A stretch of DNA of 64,000 nt from Octopus vulgaris (taxonomy: Eukaryota), in NCBI GenBank assembly GCA_951406725.2, contig OX597828.1, forward strand, positions 36,208,001-36,272,000, written 5' to 3'. The notes under the pieces were generated by a model. That model saw only the letters and a list, made by a program, of their open reading frames with translations, was not told the origin of the DNA and did no database searches. Positions 1 to 10,759 of this stretch are shown piece after piece. Position 1 is the first letter of the stretch; each line of letters begins with the position of its first letter. Position numbers and translations under genes: made by a program.

Positions 1-462
1 CACACCAAAAGAGCACCTAAGTGTCACTCTGTAACCAAACTTCTGTGAAAAAAAACATGTCTGGTCAAAGATAAAAGTTACCTTCTTTAGAAACTGATGA
101 GGGTTAGTGACAGGAAGGGAATGTGACTGTAGAAAATCTGTCCCAATAATTTTGTTTGATACATACAAGCATGGAAACGTAGACGTTAAAAGAATGATGA
201 TGATGAAGAGATATATGATGACTAAGCCTGTTAAAAAATATATTGAGTTCAAATCCTACCCAAACCAAAAGGATAAAAACAAGTACTTGTCTTGAAACAC
301 AAGTGTTAACGCAAGGGATTATGTCTGATTATGTCCCAGCATAATCGCAGCCCAATGGCTGAAAGAACAAAAGACAAATGGTCACTTGACCTGCTAAAAA
401 TAGAAGCTAAACCTCTTTGAAATTATGCACTAAAATGAAAATCACATATAAATTGTAGTTGG

Positions 463-789
463 ATACCTGTGCCAGTGGCACATAAAAAGCACCATCCGAA
501 CGTGGCCGATGCCAGTGCCGCCTCGACTGGCTTCCATGCCGGTGGCACATAAAAAGCACCAACCAATCGTGGCTGTTGCCAGCCTTCCCTGGTACCTGTG
601 CCGGTGGCACGTAAGATGCACCCACTACACTCATGGAGTGGTTGGCGTTAGGAAGGGCATCCAGCTGTAGAAACACTGCCAGATCAGACTGGAGCCTGGT
701 GCAGCCTCCTGGCCTCCCAGATCCCGGTCAAACCGTCCAACCCATGCTGGCATGGAAAACGGACGTTAAACAATGATGATGATGATGAT
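463..789 (+). mobile_element. Family C SINE-like element with (GAT)n tail
   Basis: GTGGCACGTAAAAAGCACC-type repeats, GGCGTTAGGAAGGGCATCCAGCTGTAGAAAC block, tail GGACGTTAAAC(GAT)n; many copies in the window. Confidence 0.75.
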
Positions 790-859
790 TGGATAACCTG
801 GTCCAATACAGGCAACGATTCCCTTTCCCCACAAATTGTATGATCATCATTGGAATATG

Positions 860-1010
860 TTAGCAGATTTTGAGGATCCTATGAAGGTATTGCTAATGGA
901 AACATTCCAAGTGAGTCAGATATCACTGTCGGTGACCCAGATTTCTGATCCCTACAAAGGGGCAGGAATTACAGCTGTCTTATTATACACAAGTAGTTCT
1001 GTATTGGTCT
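860..1010 (-). pseudogene. Highly decayed RTE-type reverse transcriptase fragment
   Basis: Minus strand LLVYNKTAVIPAPL*GSEIWVT, then frameshifted LECFH*QYLHRILKIC, resembling the VYxAxVxPxLLYGSExW..LExFHxxxLRxIL motif. Confidence 0.6.
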
Positions 1011-1300
1011 CAGAGTTTCAGCATGGAAAAACTTGTGTTTGGTCATAAAAGGCAGCGACTGGCATTCCTTGCACAGTTCAAACAATGCTGGATTTTCCAT
1101 TTGTTGTTGAAGTTTGGCAAGAGAAATTGGCAGCAAACACATTTCAGAAAACTCCACATACATACACATGTGTCTATGTATATAAGTGTGTGTGTGTGTG
1201 CACGCATGAACAGCATTAAACTTAAAAAGAAGACGCTCCTTAAAGGGACATAACTCAGATGAGGGAGGAAGGTGGGTAGGTTTTAGACTTGATTCCACAA

Positions 1301-1822
<522 letters not shown>

Positions 1823-2158
1823 GTTATAGAAAAAAGTGTGAGAGAAAGAAAGGGTAAAGTGTGTTTCATTTTACAAAATGACAACAGCTGTTAGTTGCTG
1901 TGTAAAGACTGTTCTGATTGGTCAATAAGTCAGTCTGACACAATTCTCTGCTGAGAAGCATTGGAAGGGCATCAGGGTATGAATTAGTAAGGTAGTGGGG
2001 GGATGGAAATCAGCAGCAGATTGGGGGGGGGGGTGAGCAGGGAGTGGAGCAGGGCTTATTTCATTTTCCTTTTTTTTATTTTTGTATGTGAGTGCTTAAG
2101 TGTTAATATGTGGAGTGTCTTAGGCCAGCTTTTGTGTGTAAATGTGTAAGATAGATTA

Positions 2159-2194
<36 letters not shown>

Positions 2195-2874
2195 ATAGGT
2201 GAAGGAGATGGAAGAGATCAGGTGATGCTAAAATAACCCCCTACCATTAGCAAAACTACCAACACACACACACCATCAATAACACCACCACCACCACCAC
2301 CACCATAATCAAAGAAAGTGCCTTCACATGGTCACTCAACCTGTTAAAAATAGCAGTCAAATCACTATCGAATCACACCCTACAGTCTTGAAAATAACAA
2401 AAATACACTGGATATGGTAATCTTTGTTACAATGTCATCTTAAGGCATGGGCACACTGGGTAGTTGTTTGGGGTCACCACATGTCTAGGGGCCAGATTAT
2501 GATCTATGTGTGCTGTAGCTTGCTACCAAGCAATGAATACTATTGAGCTCCATGCATTGATTTGCCCAAGGAGCCTACAATACAGCTGAGACAACTCTGC
2601 TTAGATATATTATGCATGGGGGACAAAAACCCCTAGAAGTAATGATCATAGCTGGAATGCTACTAATGACAGTCTACATGTTTAAGGCAGACCTGGGGTT
2701 AAACAACAACATCCTCACCAGCAACAGCAATTCAATATATATATATCATCAAGATCAATCACAACATATCTTACCGCTGCTGCAAGTACCAGCATCAGCT
2801 TTTTATTAAATAAATATGCCATAAATAATCAATTAGTTTCATATGCTAGCACCAATCAATGCTTTTTACAAATA

Positions 2875-3271
2875 TCTTTATATATAAAAGTAAGGTTGTG
2901 AGCTGTCTGTCTCCTACGATTTAGATTCCTAACTACTCCCACATTTTGCGGTGCAGTTTAACCAAAACCGGGTATCTTATAGTCGTGATTTATATTGAGC
3001 CCTTCTGGGTATTAGCGCGCGTCTACGATGAGTCTATGATTAAAAAAAAAATTTACCATCAATTTTTCCCATTTTTAATGCATTTTTGGCATATATAAGG
3101 GAAGTAACTCTCTAAAAATGTATTATTAAATCTCAGGATGTAAAAAGCTACAGTAACACCCGCCCCTTTGTGGTTAGCCTTATTGAGATGGCTATTATAC
3201 TTTACATCTCTAAAAATGCTTATATAGTTATTTCCCTTACAAACCCGAGCAACGCCGGGCGATACTGCTAG
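2875..3271 (+). mobile_element. Non-autonomous Helitron-like element
   Basis: Inserted between A and T; 5' TC, 3' CTAG; subterminal hairpin CCCGAGC-AAC-GCCGGG at 3244-3259. Confidence 0.75.
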
Positions 3272-3408
3272 TTTCTTATATAGTAAAAGCTAGTTAGTAT
3301 TACAGGGCCAGAAATATTTCTTATATAGATAGTAAAAGCTGGTTAGTATTAAAGGGCTGGTAACATTTCTTATATAGGAAAAGCTAGTAAGTATTAAAGG
3401 GCCAGTAG
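3272..3408. repeat. Three degenerate roughly 45-bp tandem units abutting the Helitron 3' end
   Basis: TTTCTTATATAG..AAAAGCT(A/G)GT..GTATTA.AGGGC x3. Confidence 0.75.
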
Positions 3409-3547
3409 GCAATGGCAAAGATTATAATTCCACTGAAGGTAGATTGGAAGAGAGAAACTCTGCAGAGTTGTCTCTCTTGCTTGCTAGGCTAGGCTAGACA
3501 AGGATGTTTGTTAGCTGAACATTAATATTTGTTCCCCACCTAATCAG

Positions 3548-3722
3548 GGGTAGATATGGTTGTGTGGCTTGCAGTTTGCTTCCCAACCATATGGTTCCAA
3601 GTTCAGTCCCATGACATGGCACCTTTGGCAAGTGTTTTCTACTGTAACCTTGGATGGATCAAAATCTTGTGAGTGAAGTTAGTAGGTGGAAACTGAACGA
3701 AGACCATTGCATGTATAAAATA

Positions 3723-3754
<32 letters not shown>

Positions 3755-4022
3755 CATGTCTGTGTGTGCGTCTGCATGTGTGTATGTCTGCGTGTATGTG
3801 TCCTTGTGTTTATCTCCCACCACCACTTAATAACCAGTGTTGCTTTGTTTACGTCCCCATAACTTAGCAACTTGGCCAAAAGAGACCAACAGAATAAGGA
3901 CCAAAAGTAGAAAAAAAAAAAAAAAAGAAAAAGGTACTCGAGTCAATTTGTCTGACTTAAAAAACGCTTCAAGGCAATGCCCCAGCATGGCCACAATCAA
4001 ATGACTGAAATAAGTAAAAAAA
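3548..4022 (+). mobile_element. Family A-related SINE, older copy
   Basis: Degenerate head, (TG)n centre and conserved tail. Confidence 0.75.
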
Positions 4023-4305
4023 AGATAATCGCTGTTAATTCAACCCTGTTGTAATTATCTATGACGCTAAAATTACTGGGAAATCCAATTTGTGTGAGGG
4101 GAGGGTAAGATCCAGAACAGTCATGAGGAAATAACTGCAGTTTCCAGAACTTTCTGAGTAGCGTCACTAATGAAAGATTACCAGGAGTTTTTTTTTTTTT
4201 TTTTTCTTAGTAGTTTGTGAAGTGAGATGATGAACTGTATCAAGTGACCTACTTCTCGAAAAAGAATGTCCATTGTCTGCTCTAGAATCTCAAACAACTG
4301 AATCT

Positions 4306-4706
4306 ATAGGCGCAGGAGTGGCTGTTTGGTAAGTAGCTTGCTAACCAACCACATGGTTCCGGGTTCAGTCCCACTGCGTGGCATCTTGGGCAAGTGTCTT
4401 CTGCTATAGCCCCGGGCCGACCAATGCCTTGTGAGTGGATTTGGTAGACGGAAACTGAAAGAAGCCTGTCGTATATATATATATATAAGTGTGTGTGAAT
4501 ATGTTTGTGTGTCTGTGTTTGTTCCCCTAGCATTGCTTGACAACCGATGCTGGTGTGTTTACGTCCCCGTAACTTAGCGGTTCGGCAAAAGAGACCGATA
4601 GAATAAGTACTGGGCTTACAAAGAATAAGTCCCGGGGTCGATTTGCTCGACTAAAGACGGTGCTCCAGCATGGCCGCAGTCAAATGACTGAAACAAGTAA
4701 AAAGAG
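4306..4706 (+). mobile_element. Family A tRNA-derived SINE, full length
   Basis: tRNA-like head with A/B-box-like motifs (GGTTCAGTCCC), CORE-like CTTGGGCAAGT, internal (TA)n(TG)n, A-rich tail; many copies in the window. Confidence 0.9.
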
Positions 4707-4774
4707 AAAAAAAAAAAAAAGAGTATAAACGATCAGAGGAGAAAAAAAAATATTATTTTTCAGGCGTTGCTACA

Positions 4775-5180
4775 CAGGCAGAAGTGTGGCTGTGTGGTAA
4801 GAAGCTTGCTTCCCAACCACATGGTTCTGGGTTCAGTCCCACAGCGTGGCACCGTAGGTAAGTATCTTCTACTATAACCTCTGGCTGACCAAAGCCTTGT
4901 GAATGGATTTGGTAGACAGAAACTGAAAGAAGCTCATCATATATACATATATGTATATTTATGTGTGTGTCTTTGTGTCTGTGTTTGTACACCCTCCATC
5001 ACTTGACAACCGATGTTGGTGTGTTTATGTCCCTGAAACTTAGTGGTTCGGCAAAAGAGCCCTATACAATAAGTACTAGGCTTACAAAGAATAAGTCCTG
5101 GGATCAGTTTGTTTGATTAAAGGCGATGCTGCAGCATGGCCTCACTCAAATGACCGAAACATGTAAAAGAATAAAAGAAT
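4775..5180 (+). mobile_element. Family A SINE, diverged copy
   Basis: Collinear with 4306-4706. Confidence 0.85.
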
Positions 5181-5712
5181 GAAGCTGGCTTGCCACAAGG
5201 AGTCGAAAACCCAACACAGAAAGAAGAAATAGAGAGGCCAATACCAAGGCTTTGGTTTGATATGGTGGATCGGTCACTCCTTCTAAGAAATTAACATCCT
5301 GGAATTTCTTTGGATTTTCTTGTAAACTTTTATAACTTTCATCTTTTACTGGTTTCAGACCACGGCCTTGCTGGAGCCACTCACTGTCTTGAAGGGTTTG
5401 GACAAACGAATCGACCTCAGGACTTATTTAGTTTTTAAAGAAGTACATATTCCGTTGATCACTTTTACCAAACTGCTAGGTTGTGAGGATGCAACCAAAC
5501 CATCACCTGTTGTCAAACAAGGGGAGGGGAAGGGCAAAGACAGACCCAAACACATATACCTTCATACACACACACACACACACAATGGACTTCCACACAG
5601 TTTCTGTCTACTAAATTAACTCACAAGGCATTGGTTGTCATGGGCTACAGTTAAAGACACTTGCCCAAGGTGCCATGCAGTGGAACTGAGCCCAAAACCA
5701 GAGGGTTGCAAA

Positions 5713-5953
5713 CAGGGCTGTGGAGTCGGAGTCAGAGTCGGTAAAACTACACCGACTCTGACTCCCAATATCTTTATTCTTTAATATAAACCAGTTATGA
5801 CATATAGGCCTACTCAAAGTACAAGCGTATGCATAGGTTTTATGAGATATGTAGACCACAATCACTTAATTACATAAAGAAGAGTCAGAGTCGGAGGTGC
5901 CAATGGTAGAGGAGTCAGAGTCAAAGCTTTTTTGTTTTGACTCCACAGCCCTG
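5713..5953. mobile_element. hAT-type MITE nested in a SINE
   Basis: TIR CAGGGCTGTGGAGTC / GACTCCACAGCCCTG; perfect 8-bp TSD GTTGCAAA (5705-5712, 5954-5961); subterminal GGAGTC/AGAGTC repeats. Confidence 0.9.
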
Positions 5954-6295
5954 GTTGCAAAGCAACTCCTTAACCACACAATATACCTCAATATATTGTA
6001 CATACTCTTTTCTTTGTTTGTCTTTGTTTGTTCTTTTATACTCTTCACTATTTTGTCCGTTATCCCCAGTTGTAATCCCAGTTGTGGTCGGGTACTTACA
6101 AAGTTTGGTCTGGGTCGTAACCTTGTTTCAATTGTTTTTACTGTCCTTTTTGTTTAATTATATGGTAAAGAAATTAATAAAGGTCATAATAAATAAGTGG
6201 TTCTAAATCAAGGTTTTAGTTTGTTAGTCACATCAGTTCATTAGGAATGTAGAGATTACAGGATAAATTGGGTTAAATATTAACTAACAATTAAT

Positions 6296-6720
6296 ATAGG
6301 CGCAGGAGTGGCTGTGTGGTAAGTAGCTTGCTAACCAACCACATGGTTCCGGGTTCAGTCCCACTGCGTGGCATCTTGGGCAAGTGTCTTCTGCTACAGC
6401 CCCGGGCCGACCAATGCCTTGTGAGTAGATTTGGTAGACAGAAACTGAAAGAAGCATGTCGTATATATGTATATATATATATATGTATATATGTGTATGT
6501 GTGTGTGTTTGTGTGTTTGTGTTTGTCCCCCTAGCATTGCTTGACAACCTATGCGGGTGTGTTTACGTCCCAGTCACTTAGCGGTTCAGCAAAAGAGACC
6601 GATAGAATAAGTACTGGGCTTACAAAGAATAAGTCCCGGGGTCGATTTGCTCGACTAAAGACAGTGCTCCAGTATGGCCGCAGTCAAATGAATGAAACAA
6701 GTAAAAAGAGTAAAGAGTAA
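6296..6720 (+). mobile_element. Family A SINE, full length
   Basis: Near identical to 4306-4706. Confidence 0.9.
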
Positions 6721-7754
6721 ATTACATCAAGATGGATTTGTCACACACACATACACATGTAGTTTCAGGTGCAGTTGTATGGTTAAGCAGCTTGCTTCTC
6801 ATCCATGTGGTTTTGGAGTACAGTCCCATAGTGTGGAACATTCAATGTTTTTTACTACAGCCCCAGGCCAACTAAAGCCACATGAGTGGATTTGATAGGT
6901 GGAAATAGAAAGATGTCCCTCGTACATATATGAGGAGTTGTTCTTTGTGTTACTAGTCCTGTTTTCCATTTTTTTTCTTTCATTGTTTGCATATTAAACA
7001 TGTTTCTTTTTGTACTTCATGTTGTTTACAGTTGGTGACATCCTGTCACCCATATTCTCTTTCTCTCTTTTCTCTTTTACTTGTTTCAGTCATTTGACTG
7101 CAGCCATGCTGGAGCACTGCCTTTAGTCGAGTAAATCGACCCCGGGACTTATTCTTTGTAAGCCCAGTACTTATTCTATCGGTCCCTTTTGCCGAACCGC
7201 TAAGTGACGGGGACGTAAACGCACCAGCATCGGTATATATATATCTTTGTGTGTGTCTTTTGTGTTTGGCCACCCGCCCATGCTTGTTTATACATTCCTG
7301 TAACTTTGAGGTTCAATAAAAGAGATTGACAGAACAAGAACCAGAGGGCTTACAAGATTAAGTCCTGGGACTAAACTCTTTAAAACAGTGCTCCAGCATG
7401 ACCGCAATCCAAAGACTGAAACAATTAACAGATAATAGATATGTCCCTTCTTTTTTATTTTCCTTGAAACATAGCATATGATTTGTGGGAGATTTGACTG
7501 TTAGGTCAAACAGGTCAATCATGAAATGTATTTTTTTTTTTTGTTCAGGGTTGTTGTTTCCTCTCTATTTCCTACAGGGGTTTATGTCCCACTTCCATTG
7601 CCTCAGCGGTTTAAAAAGCAGATAGTTATATATATATATATACCACCTCCTACTTAAAGAAGTGGTGTCTTTATTGTCAAGGGCAACATAAATTATTGTT
7701 GTTGGTTTATTTAGACTTAGATGATTACAGTCAGCTGTAACTGGGGAAATAGAT

Positions 7755-7788
<34 letters not shown>

Positions 7789-8274
7789 CTATTTATGCGT
7801 ATATATTATATATAGATGGAGGCATAACTGTGTGGTTCAGAAGTTTGCTCCCCAACCACATGGTTTTGATTTCCGTCCCGCTGTGAAGCATATTGTGCTG
7901 ATGTCTTCTACTATAGCTCTGGGCCAACCAAAAAGCCTTGTGAGTGGATTTGGTATACAGAAACTGAAAAAAAGGCCCCAGTGTGTGTGTGTGTTTGTGT
8001 GTGAGAAAGAGAGAGACAGACAGACTGTATCAAGTGTCCTTCTTGTCTTGACATCATGTGACAGTTGTAAACAAACATCACCATCATACAAGCAGCGTCC
8101 AACTCCAATCTTCTATGAAAATATGTCTGACTCATGTGAAATCATGTGTTGAAACGGATACTATTGTATTTCAGGATTTTCCAATTCATTTCTTTTACTT
8201 ATTTCAGTCATTTGACTGCGGCCATGCTGGAGCACCATCTTTAGTCAAGCAATGGTGGGGGGACAAACATATAC

Positions 8275-8316
<42 letters not shown>

Positions 8317-8518
8317 CAATAATAATTCTCTAAAAGGGGATATAGACAGTAACTGCTCGATAACATAAGGGACTAAAGCCATCTGAATATGGCTAGGGAC
8401 AGGGCAGGGTGGTGGGGGTGTTACTGTTGCATTTAGCCCCAGGCGAACATCGACGTCACCAGAAAGGCTCGACACCGTCACGGTGCCCTTAACCTGCAAA
8501 GGGAGGTAATTCCCCGAT

Positions 8519-8592
8519 GAAGCGGAAACCACACACGGACCATGGTTTCAAGGTGTATTGCCTATCATCGGCGTGTGGTAGGCCTCCGCTTC
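8519..8592 (-). ncRNA. Hammerhead-like ribozyme copy (minus strand)
   Basis: Reverse complement of 9606-9679. Confidence 0.72.
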
Positions 8593-8878
8593 CTCGACGA
8601 ATTCTCACTCTGCAGGATTTTCTTATATAGATTTTCAAGCAAAATACATTTGCTGATTTCGAAAATCTGTTCGAAAGCAATAATAATTCTCTAAAAGGGA
8701 TATAGACAGTAACTGCTCGATAACATAAGGGACTAAAGCCATCTGAATATGGCTAGGGACAGGGCAGGGTGGTGGGGGTGTTACTGTTGCATTTAGCCCC
8801 AGGCGAACATCGACGTCACCAGAAAGGCTCGACACCGTCACGGTGCCCTTAACCTGCAAAGGGAGGTAATTCCCCGAT

Positions 8879-8952
8879 GAAGCGGAAACCACACACGGAC
8901 CATGGTTTCAAGGTGTATTGCCTATCATCGGCGTGTGGTAGGCCTCCGCTTC
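8879..8952 (-). ncRNA. Hammerhead-like ribozyme copy (minus strand)
   Basis: Reverse complement of 9606-9679. Confidence 0.72.
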
Positions 8953-9605
8953 CTCGACGAATTCTCACTCTGCAGGATTTTCTTATATAGATTTTCAAGC
9001 AAAATACATTTGCTGATTTCGAAAATCTGTTCGAAAGCAATAATAATTCTCTAAAAGGGATATAGACAGTAACTGCTCGATAACATAAGGGACTAAAGCC
9101 ATCTGAATATGGCTAGGGACAGGGCAGGGTGGTGGGGGTGTTACTGTTGCATTTAGCCCCAGGCGAACATCGACGTCACCAGAAAGGCTCGACACCGTCA
9201 CGGTGCCCTTAACCTGCAAAGGGAGGTAATTCCCCGATGAAGCGGAAACCACACACGGACCATGGTTTCAAGGTGTGTGGTTTCAAGGTGTGTGACCATG
9301 GTCCGTGTGTGGTTTCCGCTTCATCGGGGAATTACCTTTGCAGGTTAAGGGCACCGTGACGGTGTCGAGCCTTTCTGGTGACGTCGATGTTCGCCTGGGG
9401 CTAAATGCAACAGTAACACCCCCACCACCCTTGCCCTGTCCCTAGCCATATTCAGATGGCTTTAGTCCCTTATGTTATCGAGCAGTTACTGTCTATATCC
9501 CTTTTAGAGAATTATTATTGCTTTCGAACAGATTTTCGAAATCAGCAAATGTATTTTGCTTGAAAATCTATATAAGAAAATCCTGCAGAGTGAGAATTCG
9601 TCGAG

Positions 9606-9679
9606 GAAGCGGAGGCCTACCACACGCCGATGATAGGCAATACACCTTGAAACCATGGTCCGTGTGTGGTTTCCGCTTC
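9606..9679 (+). ncRNA. Type I hammerhead-like ribozyme (variant core), predicted cleavage after GUC at 9660
   Basis: Stem I GAAGCGGAGGCC-UAC-CACACG / CGUGUG-U-GGUUUCCGCUUC; core CCGAUGA 9627-9633; stem II (U)AGG-CAAUACA-CCU(U); GAAA 9649-9652; stem III AC-CAUG-GU; C17 at 9660. Deviations from canonical: U4C and a U.U pair at 10.1/11.1. Confidence 0.72.
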
Positions 9680-9965
9680 ATCGGGGAATTACCTCCCTTT
9701 GCAGGTTAAGGGCACCGTGACGGTGTCGAGCCTTTCTGGTGACGTCGATGTTCGCCTGGGGCTAAATGCAACAGTAACACCCCCACCACCCTGCCCTGTC
9801 CCTAGCCATATTCAGATGGCTTTAGTCCCTTATGTTATCGAGAAGTTACTGTCTATATCCCTTTTAGAGAATTATTATTGCTTTCGAACAGATTTTCGAA
9901 ATCAGCAAATGTATTTTGCTTGAAAATCTATATAAGAAAATCCTGCAGAGTGAGAATTCGTCGAG

Positions 9966-10039
9966 GAAGCGGAGGCCTACCACACGCCGATGATAGGCAA
10001 TACACCTTGAAACCATGGTCCGTGTGTGGTTTCCGCTTC
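9966..10039 (+). ncRNA. Hammerhead-like ribozyme copy (cleavage after 10020)
   Basis: Identical to 9606-9679, offset +360. Confidence 0.72.
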
Positions 10040-10325
10040 ATCGGGGAATTACCTCCCTTTGCAGGTTAAGGGCACCGTGACGGTGTCGAGCCTTTCTGGT
10101 GACGTCGATGTTCGCCTGGGGCTAAATGCAACAGTAACACCCCCACCACCCTGCCCTGTCCCTAGCCATATTCAGATGGCTTTAGTCCCTTATGTTATCG
10201 AGCAGTTACTGTCTATATCCCTTTTAGAGAATTATTATTGCTTTCGAACAGATTTTCGAAATCAGCAAATGTATTTTGCTTGAAAATCTATATAAGAAAA
10301 TCCTGCAGAGTGAGAATTCGTCGAG

Positions 10326-10399
10326 GAAGCGGAGGCCTACCACACGCCGATGATAGGCAATACACCTTGAAACCATGGTCCGTGTGTGGTTTCCGCTTC
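10326..10399 (+). ncRNA. Hammerhead-like ribozyme copy (cleavage after 10380)
   Basis: Identical to 9606-9679, offset +720. Confidence 0.72.
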
Positions 10400-10685
10400 A
10401 TCGGGGAATTACCTCCCTTTGCAGGTTAAGGGCACCGTGACGGTGTCGAGCCTTTCTGGTGACGTCGATGTTCGCCTGGGGCTAAATGCAACAGTAACAC
10501 CCCCACCACCCTGCCCTGTCCCTAGCCATATTCAGATGGCTTTAGTCCCTTATGTTATCGAGCAGTTACTGTCTATATCCCTTTTAGAGAATTATTATTG
10601 CTTTCGAACAGATTTTCGAAATCAGCAAATGTATTTTGCTTGAAAATCTATATAAGAAAATCCTGCAGAGTGAGAATTCGTCGAG

Positions 10686-10759
10686 GAAGCGGAGGCCTAC
10701 CACACGCCGATGATAGGCAATACACCTTGAAACCATGGTCCGTGTGTGGTTTCCGCTTC
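10686..10759 (+). ncRNA. Hammerhead-like ribozyme copy (cleavage after 10740)
   Basis: Identical to 9606-9679, offset +1080. Confidence 0.72.

Larger units (their letters stand above)
8315..9276 (-). mobile_element. Retrozyme-like 360-bp tandem array, left arm (about 2.7 units, ribozyme sense on minus strand)
   Basis: Exact 360-bp periodicity (8341, 8701 and 9061 start identically); reverse complement of the right arm; two complete hammerhead-like motifs plus one truncated at 9276; 3' end runs into (TA)n at 8314. Confidence 0.85.

Noticed and set aside
2430-2599. Old hAT-like MITE
   Set aside because: Termini too degenerate and no TSD identifiable.
4282-4543. Recurrent ORFs such as MLGGQTQTH..DTCPRCHAVGLNPEPCGW
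   Set aside because: Antisense translations of SINE family A, not a gene family.
8514-8555. Second, antisense hammerhead (CCGAUGA-AGCG-GAAACCA..UGGUU) that would make the RNA ambisense/viroid-like
   Set aside because: No stem II and no convincing stem I pairing around the putative cleavage site; probably a by-product of the hairpin symmetry.
9817-9903. Internal Pol III A/B boxes in the unit (TGGCTTTAG.., TTCGAA motifs)
   Set aside because: Poor consensus match, and several T4 runs would terminate Pol III.
9518-9923. Repeated 63-aa and 85-aa ORFs in the 360-bp unit, and a possible endless ORF on a 360-nt circle
   Set aside because: Non-ATG starts and no recognisable domain; all three sense frames contain stops (e.g. 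TAA 9707-9709, TGA 9718-9720, TGA 9921-9923).
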